Positions 16,052 through 25,719 of a stretch of 32,000 nt of DNA are shown piece by piece. A program made the position numbers and the translations under genes. Every line of letters starts with the position of its first letter. Position 1 is the first letter of the stretch. The stretch is from Mucisphaera calidilacus (lineage in GTDB: Bacteria > Planctomycetota > Phycisphaerae > Phycisphaerales > Phycisphaeraceae), in assembly GCF_007748075.1 (NCBI RefSeq), contig NZ_CP036280.1:1860001-1892000 (forward strand). Direction: 5' to 3'. The notes under the pieces are model-generated. The model was not told the origin of the DNA. It saw only the letters and a list, made by a program, of their open reading frames with translations, and ran no database searches.

Positions 16052-17746
16052 TCACAACCCCAACTCCCCCCACCGCTCCGTGACCCGCCGCCTCACATCC
16101 TCCTGCATCTCCAGAATCGGCGGGAAGCTCCGCACCGCGTGACCGCCGCACTCCTCGCCCGGCCACTTCTTCGTCGCGTCAAACCCGATCTTGTGACCCG
16201 CCCCCAGACGCGGCGCCGCGTGGTCCAGGATGTCCAGCGGGCCGTTCACGATCTCCAGATCACGACCCGGATCGCAGTTCGCAGCGATGTGGAACAGCAC
16301 CGCCTGCTCGTCGTGCACGTCCACCGTCTCGTCCACTACCACGATCGACTTCGTCCAAGCCATCTGGCCCGCGCCCCAGATCGCGTGCATCACCCGCCGG
16401 GCCTGCAGCGGATAGCTCTTCCTGATCTTCACGAACGCGCAGTTGTGGAACGCCCCGAACATCGGCAGGTGGTAGTCCTCGATGTCCGGCACAAGAATCT
16501 TCAGCAGCGGCAGGAACAGACGCTCCGTCGCCTTGCCCAGGTAGTAGTCCTCCTGAGGCGGAAGACCCACGATCGTCGCCGGGTAGATCGGCGAGCGCCG
16601 GTGTGTCACCGCCGTCACCGTGAAGACCGGGTAGCGGTCGGGCAGCGAGTAAAAACCGGTGTGATCCCCGAACGGACCCTCGAACACCGCGCCCGGCCCC
16701 AGCTCCGGCTCCCTGCCGTCCGGCCCCTTGACCCGCGGATCAAAACCGATCGGCCCCGCCTCCGTGCTCACATACCCCTCGATCACGATCTCTGCGTTCG
16801 CGGGCACGTGCATGTCGATCGTCCGACACCGCACCAGCGGGATCGACCCGCCGTTGAGACACCCCGCCATCAGCAGCTCGCTCACCCCAGGCGGCAGCGG
16901 CGCCGTCGCCGCGTAAGGCAGCACGCTCTCGCCCCCCAGCACGATAGCCGCCGGCATCCCCGCCTCGGGCTGACCCAGCCGCCGGTTGTGCGCCTGCCAC
17001 GCCCGCCAGTGACGCGCACCGTCGTGATGCACGTGCCAGTGCATCGCGCAGTGATCACGGTCGATCAGCTGCGCCCGGTACATCCCGATGTTCCGGCTCG
17101 GCCGCGGCTTGCCCTCCGCCTTGCCCGCGTCGTCCGGATGAATCGTGTAGACACCCGACAGCGTGATGTACCGCCCCTGCCCCTTCGCCGTCCCGCTCCG
17201 CTCCGCCGACCACGGGTACCCGCACGACGTCGGGTCCCCATCGCCCGGCCAGCACTTGATCACCGGCAGCTCGAACAGGTCGATCTCACCCCCCTGCTTC
17301 ACCACCTCCTGGCACCGGCCGCTCCGCACGACCTTCGGCGGCAGGCTCGCGATCTTCGCCAGCTCCAGGCCCTTCTTCACCTTGCCCCAGATCGTCGTCG
17401 GCGGCTCCGGCTTCACCAGCGCCCCGATCTTCGCCGCCACACCCTCGAACCCCACGTCCTCACACCCGAACGCCATCTCCATCCGCCGGTAGCTGCCGTA
17501 CAGGTTCATCCCAAGCGGCATCGACGCCCCCGCCACGTTCTCAAACAGCAACGCGTGCCCGCCCAGCCCCGCGTGACCTGCATCAAACGCCGCCGCGTGC
17601 TCCGAAGCGCGCGCACAGGCCGACTTGCTCACGCGGTCGGTGATCTCGGTCACCTCAAGAATCGGCGAGACCTCAGGCGTCACCCGCCGCAGCTCGCCCG
17701 CCCGATCCAGAGCTTCCACAAATTCCTGGAGGTCGCTGTATGGCAT
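16052..17746 (-). CDS. UbiD family decarboxylase (prenyl-FMN dependent; menaquinone/ubiquinone-type aromatic decarboxylase)
   Basis: Starts at MPYSDLQEFVEALDRAGELRRV (ATG at 17746), the typical UbiD N-terminus. Also has NLYGSYRRM, GRYITLSGVYT, NIGMYR and FGDHTGFYS blocks. The 60-codon upstream extension in the track (to 17926) overlaps the preceding methyltransferase gene and is probably not translated. Confidence 0.9.
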   Translation of the reverse strand: MPYSDLQEFVEALDRAGELRRVTPEVSPILEVTEITDRVSKSACARASEHAAAFDAGHAGLGGHALLFENVAGASMPLGMNLYGSYRRMEMAFGCEDVGFEGVAAKIGALVKPEPPTTIWGKVKKGLELAKIASLPPKVVRSGRCQEVVKQGGEIDLFELPVIKCWPGDGDPTSCGYPWSAERSGTAKGQGRYITLSGVYTIHPDDAGKAEGKPRPSRNIGMYRAQLIDRDHCAMHWHVHHDGARHWRAWQAHNRRLGQPEAGMPAAIVLGGESVLPYAATAPLPPGVSELLMAGCLNGGSIPLVRCRTIDMHVPANAEIVIEGYVSTEAGPIGFDPRVKGPDGREPELGPGAVFEGPFGDHTGFYSLPDRYPVFTVTAVTHRRSPIYPATIVGLPPQEDYYLGKATERLFLPLLKILVPDIEDYHLPMFGAFHNCAFVKIRKSYPLQARRVMHAIWGAGQMAWTKSIVVVDETVDVHDEQAVLFHIAANCDPGRDLEIVNGPLDILDHAAPRLGAGHKIGFDATKKWPGEECGGHAVRSFPPILEMQEDVRRRVTERWGELGL

Positions 17747-17781
17747 ACCGCCATGATAGAGCCCCCCACGCCGACGAGTCA

Positions 17782-18426
17782 CTAGACACGCGTCCCGACA
17801 AACACCGCCCGCGTCAACCGCGAGCCGTCCGCCTCCGACCAGTCGCTCGGGAAATCCGGGTGATCCGGCTGCGTCTGGGTCTGATACGCCCTCGGAAACA
17901 GCTCGCTCAGACGATTCACCACCCACGCCCGCGTCGGCCGGCAGCCCGTCCCGCTCACCGCCTGCGACGGGCAGTGCGCGTGCTCCCCCTCCATCTCGAT
18001 CCGGTCCTCATCACCCAACGCCACGCACGTCGAGACCACCATCGTCTCGCCACAACGCTCCGCCATCCACCGCAGCGCCTCCAGCGGCCGCGACAGGTGA
18101 TACAGCACGCCATACGCGAACACGACGTCAAACGTCTCGTCCCACGCCGGCGGGTCATCGAGGTCCGCGACACGCACCTCCGCCGCCGACTCCGCCGCGT
18201 ACCGCTCCCGGTACACAACCGCGTTCGCCTCACGCGGCTCCACCGACACCACCGAGCAACCCCGGTCCAGCCAGAAGTGTGTCAACTCACCGATCCCCGC
18301 GCCCAACTCCAGCACGCGCCGGCCGTGCAGATTCAGCCCCAGCGTCGCCAGGTGCTCCAGCCGTCGGCTGTTGATCCGCAGCGCCTCGGGCTTGCGAAAC
18401 TCCGCAACCGGGTCCGTCACCCTCAT
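17782..18426 (-). CDS. Class I SAM-dependent methyltransferase
   Basis: 214-aa ORF with motif I VLELGAGIGELT, the post-I acidic residue in VVSVEP, and motif II/III DVVFAYGVLYHL. There is an ATGA start/stop overlap with the upstream PH-domain gene. Confidence 0.8.
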   Translation of the reverse strand: MRVTDPVAEFRKPEALRINSRRLEHLATLGLNLHGRRVLELGAGIGELTHFWLDRGCSVVSVEPREANAVVYRERYAAESAAEVRVADLDDPPAWDETFDVVFAYGVLYHLSRPLEALRWMAERCGETMVVSTCVALGDEDRIEMEGEHAHCPSQAVSGTGCRPTRAWVVNRLSELFPRAYQTQTQPDHPDFPSDWSEADGSRLTRAVFVGTRV

Positions 18427-19001
18427 GCCACCTCGTCCCCGCCGTCGAAGTCCACCTCACGCGTCCGCGTCACCCGCCGACGCTCTTCCACGTTCTCGCG
18501 GACCATGTCCAGCAACGCCTGCGGCTCCGGCACCGCCGGGATCACCATCCGCGGATGCGACCGATCCGACGTCTCCATCACAAGGTTCCCCAGCCCAAGC
18601 ATCCGGTAGACCAGCGGCTGCTCGATCGTCAGGTCACGCACCCGGTACAACTCCAGATCGTCCGTCCGCCGCGCCAGCACACCCGACTTGAATCGGATCC
18701 GCTGCGACGACAGCTCGTACGTCTGCGCCGACAGCACCAGCCACGACCACCCCGCGTGCACCATCGGCAGCAGCGCCAGCGGCATCAGGTAGTAACCCCA
18801 CAGAGAGTCAGGCATCAGCACGTTCAGCCCGACCCCGGCCACGATCATCAGCAGCCCCAGCAGCGCGTTACCCACATAAACCCAGAAGTTCAGGATCTGC
18901 GACGGCCCGCCACGCCAGAGTTTCGACTCGGGCGCCGAACCCGCCTCCAGCTCGACCTTCTCTTCGATCATCTCACGCTCCCGTCGCGACCTTCGCCGCA
19001 C
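18423..19001 (-). CDS. Bacterial PH domain (bPH_2/YdbS-YdbT-like) membrane protein
   Basis: Two TM helices (NFWVYVGNALLGLLMIVAGVGL, YLMPLALLPMVHAGWSWLVL) are followed by the bPH_2 pattern YELSSQRIRFKSGVLARRTDDLELYRVRDLTIEQPLVYRMLGLGNLVMETSD. An alternative start MIEEK at 18971 would sit right after the DoxX stop instead of overlapping it by 29 nt. Confidence 0.75.
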   Translation of the reverse strand: MRRRSRREREMIEEKVELEAGSAPESKLWRGGPSQILNFWVYVGNALLGLLMIVAGVGLNVLMPDSLWGYYLMPLALLPMVHAGWSWLVLSAQTYELSSQRIRFKSGVLARRTDDLELYRVRDLTIEQPLVYRMLGLGNLVMETSDRSHPRMVIPAVPEPQALLDMVRENVEERRRVTRTREVDFDGGDEVA

Positions 19002-19455
19002 GCCCCAGAACCGTCCGGTCCAACGCGAACCGGCCCCCGCCCACCACGATGAACCACAGCGTAATCAGCAGCAGGAAGAAATTCTTGTGCCACGGGAAAG
19101 TCCCGCCCACCACCGAACCGCTCGCGATCACCAGCGCGATCGTGAAACTCAGCAGCATCAGCCACGTCAGCACCGACATCAGACGCGTCAGCAAGCCCAC
19201 CAGCAGCAACGCACCCACCACCACCTCGATCCAGGGCAGCGCCACGCCGTACGGGTACGCGAACCACGCCGGCAGCCACGACGGCTTCATCGACGTGAAC
19301 GGCCCCTCGTAAAACGAGCCGATGCCGTTCTGTAACTCACCCGACACCTTGCCCACGCCCGCCATCGTGAAATACAGACCCACCGCGGCTCGATTCAGCC
19401 CCAGCACCAGATCCGTCCACAGACCGCCCTTGCTCATCGTTATCCCTTTCGTCAA
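18973..19455 (-). CDS. DoxX family membrane protein
   Basis: 160-aa ORF with four predicted TM segments and a DoxX-like pattern: LNRAAVGLYFTMAGVGKV, PWIEVVVGALLLVGLLTRL, then the C-terminal GGGRFALD. Confidence 0.7.
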   Translation of the reverse strand: MTKGITMSKGGLWTDLVLGLNRAAVGLYFTMAGVGKVSGELQNGIGSFYEGPFTSMKPSWLPAWFAYPYGVALPWIEVVVGALLLVGLLTRLMSVLTWLMLLSFTIALVIASGSVVGGTFPWHKNFFLLLITLWFIVVGGGRFALDRTVLGRAAKVATGA

Positions 19456-19472
19456 CAGGTCCCGGGCCTATC

Positions 19473-20273
19473 CTACGCACCCAACTCACGCCCGCGGTCG
19501 CGCGCCGCCTGAATCGCACGAACCACCGCCGCCCGAACCTCCGACGCCTCCAGCCGCTCGATCGCCGCCGCCGTCGTCCCGCCCGGGCTCGTCACCCGAC
19601 GCCGAAGCTCGCCCGCGCTCTCGTCGCTCCGCACCAGCAGCTCCGCCGAGCCGTAGATCGTCTGGCGAACCAGCCGCTCCGCGTCCGCGTCGATCCCCAC
19701 CGCACCCGCCGCCTCGATCATCGCCTCCGCCAGATAAAACAGGTACGCCGGCCCCGAACCCGACACCGCCGTCACCGCGTCCATCAGCGACTCGTCCACA
19801 CGCACCACCTCGCCACCCGACTCGAACAGCCGCACCGCCAGGTCTTCGTCACCCGCCTGCGTATCCGCCCCTACGCAGACACCCGCCATCCCCTTGCCCA
19901 CCATCACGGGCGTGTTCGGCATCACACGCACCACACGCACCGGCTTGCCGATCACCGCCGCGATCTTCGCCGTCCCCAGACCCGCCATGATCGAGATCAA
20001 CACCTGATCCGAACTCAGGCCCGACAGGTCGCCCGCAATCGCCTCCAGCACCTGCGGCTTGATCGCCAGCATCACCTGCTCGCTCTCACCAACCACACGC
20101 CGGTTCTCCTGCGTCACCGCAACCCCCATTGCCTCAAACACCGACAGCCGCTCCGCCGACGGGTCCGACGCCACGATCTGCCCCGCCTCCAGCACACCCG
20201 CCTCGACCGCGCTCCGCGCAATCGCCTCGGCCATGTTCCCCGCACCGATCAGACCCAGGCGATACCCGCTCAT
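19473..20273 (-). CDS. proC: Pyrroline-5-carboxylate reductase
   Basis: 266-aa ORF with LGLIGAGNMAEAIA (Rossmann), RVMPNTP, and the C-terminal VTSPGGTTAAAIE signature. Confidence 0.9.
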   Translation of the reverse strand: MSGYRLGLIGAGNMAEAIARSAVEAGVLEAGQIVASDPSAERLSVFEAMGVAVTQENRRVVGESEQVMLAIKPQVLEAIAGDLSGLSSDQVLISIMAGLGTAKIAAVIGKPVRVVRVMPNTPVMVGKGMAGVCVGADTQAGDEDLAVRLFESGGEVVRVDESLMDAVTAVSGSGPAYLFYLAEAMIEAAGAVGIDADAERLVRQTIYGSAELLVRSDESAGELRRRVTSPGGTTAAAIERLEASEVRAAVVRAIQAARDRGRELGA

Positions 20274-21130
20274 GATTCACGCTCCCTCTGCTCCAGCCAC
20301 GCGTCCCGCCTCGCCTTCACCGATTCCAGCTCCGACAGCAACGCGTCGTAATCGTCACCCGCCACCAGCTCCGCCAGCCTGAGCATCCGCTGCCCGTACC
20401 CGCGCAGCTGCTCCGCCAACGCCACCCGGTTCTCGTGGACAATGTCCGCACGCATCGGCGGGTTGCTGCTCGCCAGCCGCGTCGTGTCCCGCAGGCCCGT
20501 CGAGCCCACCTCCCAGCCGCCCACCTCGATCACCTGCTCGATCAGGCCCACCGCCGCCAGGTGCGGCAGATGACTCACCACCGCCATCTTATGATCATGC
20601 TCGTCCGCGTCCATCCGCACCAGCTTCATCCCCACGCACCGCCACAGCGACTCCACCAACGCCACCGCCTCCGCGCACGCCCCCTCCCGAGGCGTTAGCA
20701 CGCACGGCTTGCCCTCCAGCAGCTCCGCAAAGGCCGCCTCCGGCCCCTGCTTCTCGCTCCCCGCCATCGGGTGAGCACCCACAAAACGCTCGGGCCGCCC
20801 CAGCAACGCCTCCGCCTGCCGGACCACACTCCCCTTGGTCGACCCCACGTCCGTCACCACCGCGTCCGTCCCCGTGATCGCCCCGAACACCGCCTCGAAA
20901 GCGCCCAGAGGCGTCGCCACCACCACCAGGTCCGCGTCCGCACACGCCGGCCCCGCCTCCAGCACCGCCTCGTCCACACAACCCCGCTTCACCGCCTCCG
21001 AACCCACCGATTCCCGACGCGCCACACCCACCATCCGACCCGAAAACCCACGCGCACGCAGCGCCAGACCCAGGCTCGCCCCCAGCAGGCCCGTCCCGAC
21101 AATCACCAGCTTCTGCACGCCGTCCAGCAT
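20270..21130 (-). CDS. tyrA: Prephenate/arogenate dehydrogenase
   Basis: Starts at MLDGVQKLVIVGTGLLGASLGLAL (ATG at 21130). Also has DLVVVATP, DVGSTKG, FVGAHPMAGSE and SHLPH motifs. The track start at 21193 adds 21 codons that run into the accA start region. ATGA overlap with proC at 20270-20273. Confidence 0.85.
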   Translation of the reverse strand: MLDGVQKLVIVGTGLLGASLGLALRARGFSGRMVGVARRESVGSEAVKRGCVDEAVLEAGPACADADLVVVATPLGAFEAVFGAITGTDAVVTDVGSTKGSVVRQAEALLGRPERFVGAHPMAGSEKQGPEAAFAELLEGKPCVLTPREGACAEAVALVESLWRCVGMKLVRMDADEHDHKMAVVSHLPHLAAVGLIEQVIEVGGWEVGSTGLRDTTRLASSNPPMRADIVHENRVALAEQLRGYGQRMLRLAELVAGDDYDALLSELESVKARRDAWLEQRERES

Positions 21131-21186
21131 GACGAGCACCCTACCCAGTTTCCGCCCGGCACGCGACGCCCTAAAATGCCAACCAC

Positions 21187-22185
21187 ATGACACAGACCAA
21201 CGCCGCCAACGGACTGATTGAACTCGACTTCGAACGCCCCATCGTCGCTCTGGAACGCCAGATCGCCGAACTCGAGGCCTCCGGCGCGGGACCCGACGCC
21301 CCCGATGGCGTCGACCTCTCCGACGACATCAAACGCGTCCGACAGTCCCACGCCGCCATGCTCAAGAAGATCTACACCAAGCTCACGGCATGGAACACCG
21401 TCAAGGTCGCCCGCCACCCCAACCGGCCCCAGTCCACCGACTACATCAAGGCCTTCGTCAAGGACTTCGCCGACATCCACGGCGACCGACGCTTCGGCGA
21501 CGACCCCGCCATCATCGCCGGCTTGGGACGCATCGGGCCCCACAAGGCCATGATCATCGGCCACCGCAAGGGCAAGGACACCAAGGAGAAAATCGCCTGC
21601 CACTTCGGCTGCGCCCACCCCGAGGGCTACCGCAAGGCACTCCGAGCCATGAAACTCGCCGAGAAATTCAGGCTCCCCGTCGTCTGCCTCATCGACACAC
21701 CCGGGGCCTACCCCGGCATCGGCGCCGAGGAACGCGGACAGGCACAGGCCATCGCCGAAAACCTCCTCGAGATGGCACGACTCAAAACTCCCCTCATCTC
21801 CGTCGTCATCGGCGAGGGCGCCTCAGGCGGGGCACTCGGCATCGGCGTCGCCGACCGCCTCGCCATGATGCAGTTCGCCTGGTACACCGTCATCTCCCCC
21901 GAGGGATGCGCCGCCATCCTCTGGAAAGAGGCCAACGCCGAAACCAACGCCGCCGCCGCCGAGGCCCTCAAACTCACCGCACGCGACAACCGCGAACTCG
22001 GCACCATCGACGATATCATCGACGAGCCCCTGGGCGGAGCCCACCGCGACCCCGCCGCCACCGCCGAGAGCCTCGAGGCCTACCTCACCCAGACCCTCCG
22101 CGAACTCAAACGCTTCAAGATTGATAACCTCGTCAACAAACGCTACGAACGACTCCGAAAAATCGGCGCCTACACCGAAGGCTAA
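21187..22185 (+). CDS. accA: Acetyl-CoA carboxylase carboxyltransferase subunit alpha
   Basis: 332-aa ORF with [70 protein letters not shown] and [12 protein letters not shown]. Confidence 0.93.
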   Translation: MTQTNAANGLIELDFERPIVALERQIAELEASGAGPDAPDGVDLSDDIKRVRQSHAAMLKKIYTKLTAWNTVKVARHPNRPQSTDYIKAFVKDFADIHGDRRFGDDPAIIAGLGRIGPHKAMIIGHRKGKDTKEKIACHFGCAHPEGYRKALRAMKLAEKFRLPVVCLIDTPGAYPGIGAEERGQAQAIAENLLEMARLKTPLISVVIGEGASGGALGIGVADRLAMMQFAWYTVISPEGCAAILWKEANAETNAAAAEALKLTARDNRELGTIDDIIDEPLGGAHRDPAATAESLEAYLTQTLRELKRFKIDNLVNKRYERLRKIGAYTEG

Positions 22186-22337
22186 GCCTGACCCCCTCCC
22201 ACCGGCCGCCTCGCCACCGGGTTGCATCTTCACGGGGTCCCGGTACCCTTCCCGATCGCGCTCCGCGCGATCCCACCGCTGTCGGGCCCCGACACAGCCA
22301 TCCCCCCACAACCGCCAGAGAAGCTGTCGCTACACCC

Positions 22338-23927
22338 ATGCTTGACTTCTTTACCCGTCGAACCTCCGGGCTCAAGGACGACCTGCTCTCCGGCCTCACC
22401 GTCGCGCTGGCCATGGTCCCCGAGGCCGTCGCCTTCGCGCTCATCGCAGGCCTCGCACCCCTCACCGGGCTCTACGCAGCACTCACCGTCGGCCTCATCA
22501 CCGCCGCCATCGGCGGACGACCCGGCATGATCTCCGGCGCCACCGGCGCCCTCGCCGTCGTCATCGTCTCCCTCGTCCGCGACCACGGACCCGAGTACGT
22601 CTTCCCCGCCGTCGTCCTCATGGGACTCATCCAGATCGCCGTCGGCCTCCTCCGCCTCGGCAAACTCATCCGACTCGTCCCCCACCCCGTCATGCTCGGC
22701 TTCGTCAACGGACTCGCCATCGTCATCTTCATGGCCCAGCTCGACAGCTTCAAAATCCCCGCCGAAACCGCCGAACTCGACAGCCACGGCCACGCCGCCT
22801 CCGCATGGATGACCGGCACACCCCTCTACATCATGATCGCCCTCACGGCCCTCACCATGGCCATCATCGCCTTCCTCCCCAGACTCACCCGCGTCGTCCC
22901 CGCCACCCTCGCCGCCATCGTCGTCACCAGCCTCCTCGCCACCTTCGCTCTACCCGCTTTTGGCCTGGAGACGCGAACCGTCTACGACCTCGCCGGATCC
23001 ATCCAGGGCGGATTCCCCACCTTCGACTTCCCCGTCAGCCCCATGACCTGGCAGACGCTCCTCACCCTCGAAACCATCGAGATCATCCTCCCCTATTCCC
23101 TCATCCTCGCCGCCGTCGGGCTCATCGAGTCCCTTATGACCATGAGCCTCATCGACGAGATCACCCAGACCCACGGCCGGGGCAACCGCGAGTGCATCGG
23201 ACAGGGCGTCGCCAACATCACCACCGGCATGTTCGGCGGCATGGGCGGGTGCGCCATGATCGGCCAGTCACTCATCAACGTGAACTCAGGCGGACGAACA
23301 CGCGTCTCGGGCATCGCCGCCGCCCTCTTCCTCCTCCTCTTCATCATGTTCCTCTCGCCCGTCATCGAGGTCATCCCCATGGCCGCCCTCGTCGGCGTCA
23401 TGTTCATGGTCGTCATCGGAACCTTCGAGTGGGCCTCCCTCCGCATGTACAAGAAGATCCCCACCAGCGACCTCCTCGTCATGATCACTGTCACCGCCGT
23501 CACCGTCTTCCTCCACAACCTCGCCCTCGCCGTCTTCGTCGGCGTCATCATCGCCGCACTCGTCTTCGCCTGGCAGCAGGCCACTTACCTCGCCGCCGAC
23601 ACCAAGTACAACGAGCACGGCAGCAAGATCTACCAGCTCCACGGCCCCCTCTTCTTCGGATCCGTCACACGCTTCCGCGAACTCTTCGACCCCAACAACG
23701 ACCCCGACGACGTCGTCATCGACTTCTACTACACCCGCGTCGTCGACCAGTCCGGACTCGAGGCCATCAACAGCCTCGCCACACGCTACGCCAACCTCGG
23801 CAAACGCCTCCACCTCACACACCTCTCCGAGGAATGCCGACAGCTCCTCGACCGCGCAAAGAAGTTCGTCGAGGTCAACATCTCCGAAGACCCCCACTAC
23901 CACGTCTCGACCGACCGGCTCGACTGA
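22338..23927 (+). CDS. SulP family inorganic anion transporter with C-terminal STAS domain
   Basis: 529-aa ORF with [33 protein letters not shown], multiple TM segments, and a C-terminal STAS-like region ([11 protein letters not shown]...VVIDF...VDQSGLEAI). Confidence 0.9.
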   Translation: MLDFFTRRTSGLKDDLLSGLTVALAMVPEAVAFALIAGLAPLTGLYAALTVGLITAAIGGRPGMISGATGALAVVIVSLVRDHGPEYVFPAVVLMGLIQIAVGLLRLGKLIRLVPHPVMLGFVNGLAIVIFMAQLDSFKIPAETAELDSHGHAASAWMTGTPLYIMIALTALTMAIIAFLPRLTRVVPATLAAIVVTSLLATFALPAFGLETRTVYDLAGSIQGGFPTFDFPVSPMTWQTLLTLETIEIILPYSLILAAVGLIESLMTMSLIDEITQTHGRGNRECIGQGVANITTGMFGGMGGCAMIGQSLINVNSGGRTRVSGIAAALFLLLFIMFLSPVIEVIPMAALVGVMFMVVIGTFEWASLRMYKKIPTSDLLVMITVTAVTVFLHNLALAVFVGVIIAALVFAWQQATYLAADTKYNEHGSKIYQLHGPLFFGSVTRFRELFDPNNDPDDVVIDFYYTRVVDQSGLEAINSLATRYANLGKRLHLTHLSEECRQLLDRAKKFVEVNISEDPHYHVSTDRLD

Positions 23928-23937
23928 CCCCTCAACC

Positions 23938-24831
23938 TCAACGGTAGTGCGAGACCCAGCTGAATTCGCCCGAATCGAAGTGCTCGGTGACGCGCCGGGC
24001 CTCCTCGAAGTAACCCTCCGCCTCCGCGTCCGACATCGGCTCCGGACGCGACTTCACCGTCGCCACGTTGAACTCCAGCTGCTCGATCGATTCGCAACCG
24101 ATCACCGCCGTATCGATGTCCTGACCGATCGCAAATCGCAAATAAGGCGTCGGGTCCGCCGTGTGCGCCACACGACCCGCGGCCATCACCTTCATCCCAA
24201 GCACCGCCAGCCCGCGCTCCCGAGCCACCGGCACCACCTCCTTGAGATAGCTGTAGCCATACGCCTCGTTGAAAATCCCCACCGGACAGAGAATCGCCTC
24301 GAACGGATAAGCCTCGATCACCCGCGTCATGTTCTGCTTGTACCAGTGCCCCGACACCCCGATATGCTTGATCTGGCCCGCGTCGCGGTACGACTCGATC
24401 GCTCTGAGCACCCCGTTGCTGTCCAGGATCTTCGACACGTCGTCGTCGTCCTCCACCGAGTGGACAAACATCAGATCGATCACATCGGTCTGAAGCTGCT
24501 TGAACGACAGATCAATCTGCTCTCGCGCCTCGTCGTAACTGCGCTTCGTCGTCTTCGTGTTCACCCACACACCCTCACGCCGATCCCGCAGCGCCTTGCC
24601 CAGCCGCCGCTCGCTCTCCCCCCCCGCGTACACCGCCGCGGTGTCGATCGTGTTCACCCCGAGGTCGATCGCCCGGTGGATCAGCTCGATCGCCTCCGAC
24701 TCCGAGAGCTTCGAATCCCACTTCACACCGCCCAGCGTCAGCAGCGACGCGTGCCACCCCAACCCGTGAAGCTCCCGGGTCGGCATGGGCAGGGCAAGAA
24801 GGTCACGCACATCGGGTGTCGCTGTTGTCAT
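23938..24831 (-). CDS. Aldo/keto reductase
   Basis: 297-aa ORF with IDTAAVYAGGESERRLGKAL, DLMFVHS and IKHIGVSGH, the typical AKR catalytic and cofactor blocks. Confidence 0.88.
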   Translation of the reverse strand: MTTATPDVRDLLALPMPTRELHGLGWHASLLTLGGVKWDSKLSESEAIELIHRAIDLGVNTIDTAAVYAGGESERRLGKALRDRREGVWVNTKTTKRSYDEAREQIDLSFKQLQTDVIDLMFVHSVEDDDDVSKILDSNGVLRAIESYRDAGQIKHIGVSGHWYKQNMTRVIEAYPFEAILCPVGIFNEAYGYSYLKEVVPVARERGLAVLGMKVMAAGRVAHTADPTPYLRFAIGQDIDTAVIGCESIEQLEFNVATVKSRPEPMSDAEAEGYFEEARRVTEHFDSGEFSWVSHYR

Positions 24832-24997
24832 GCACCGATGGTAGCGACCTCACCACCCTGTCAAGCACAACGACTCTTTTTTGTCAGAATCAGCCCGCCC
24901 CACCAAGAACAGAGCCTCATCCTCGCCATAACCAAGCACGATCCGCGACAATAGCCGCAGACCAACCCATCCTCTGGACACCCCCGGAAACCACGCC

Positions 24998-25528
24998 ATG
25001 AAACCGACCCTGACCACCCTCGCCCTCGTCGCCGCCATCACCCTCATCCCCGCCCTCACCCTCACCGGACAGCAGCAGCCCGACCCCATCCGCATCGGCG
25101 TCTACGACAACCGTGCCATCGCCATCGCATACGCCGCCTCCGAATCCCACAACCAGATGCTCGCCGAGGTCCGCGAGCAGTACGAGAAGGCCAAAGCCGA
25201 CGACAACAAGCAACAGATCCGAGCCATCGGCCAGCGCATGCAGACCCACCAGGAGGCCATGCACTTCCAGGGCTTCGGCCGCGCACCCGTCAACGACCTC
25301 CTCGAACCGATCCACGACGACCTCAGGCAGCTCGCCGCCGACCTCGACCTCGCCGCCATCACCCGCGAATGCGACGTCACCGCCGCCAACGTCGAGACCG
25401 TCGACATCACCGAACAGATCGTCGAGCTCTACAACCCCTCCGAACGCACCCGAAACACGGTCGCCAGCGTCAGGAAAGCCGATCCCATCCCCCTCACCAC
25501 CATCGCCCACATGGGCCACAACCACTGA
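24998..25528 (+). CDS. Secreted hypothetical protein (signal peptide; weak OmpH/Skp-like helical character)
   Basis: 176-aa ORF with the N-terminal signal peptide MKPTLTTLALVAAITLIPALTLTG. It shows the clean C-ending third-position periodicity typical of genuine + strand genes here. The IRIGVYDNRAIAIAY...EVREQYEKAKADDNKQQIRAI region is loosely Skp-like. It ends in a His cluster, HMGHNH. Confidence 0.7.
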   Translation: MKPTLTTLALVAAITLIPALTLTGQQQPDPIRIGVYDNRAIAIAYAASESHNQMLAEVREQYEKAKADDNKQQIRAIGQRMQTHQEAMHFQGFGRAPVNDLLEPIHDDLRQLAADLDLAAITRECDVTAANVETVDITEQIVELYNPSERTRNTVASVRKADPIPLTTIAHMGHNH

Positions 25529-25719
25529 CACCACCCCGCCACAACGCCCCATCCGCTCGCTCATCCCAGACGGACACCCGCACCGACGCCACGCGCCCTC
25601 CTTGCCGAGGCCCACAACCCCCCTCATAATGAAGGAATCGGCCCCGCAGGCCGCCTCACCCGCCGAACGGATCGGCGTGGACTCGTTGTTCGCACGTCCA
25701 ACCCAACCCCGAAGGCAGC

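Noticed and set aside
17747-17926. N-terminal extensions of the ubiD ORF (to 17926) and the tyrA ORF (21131-21193) given by the longest-ORF track.
   Set aside because: The extensions overlap the upstream methyltransferase gene or the accA start region and lack family similarity. The internal ATGs (17746, 21130) give canonical UbiD and TyrA N-termini.
19322-19990. 222-aa Pro/Ser/Arg-rich ORF on the + strand, and similar P/S/T-rich tails such as the C-terminal half of 12323-14746 and 25113-26006, which could be mistaken for mucin-like or intrinsically disordered secreted proteins.
   Set aside because: They lie antisense to or out of frame with proC, GH57 and the 176-aa/pilB1 genes. Their composition is simply what a C-rich strand encodes (CCN/TCN/ACN/CGN codons).
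22254-22300. Two GC-rich hairpins downstream of accA: GATCGCGC-tcc-GCGCGATC (22254-22272) and an imperfect GCTGTCGG-gcc-CCGACA(ca)GC just after it. They could be terminators.
   Set aside because: No U-tract follows either stem. The structures are real in the sequence, but the terminator function is unsupported, so I did not list them as features.
24787-24794. A single GGGCAGGG (E. coli KOPS-like FtsK-orienting motif) on the + strand, considered as evidence for terminus direction.
   Set aside because: One occurrence is statistically meaningless in a high-GC sequence, and KOPS motifs are lineage-specific.
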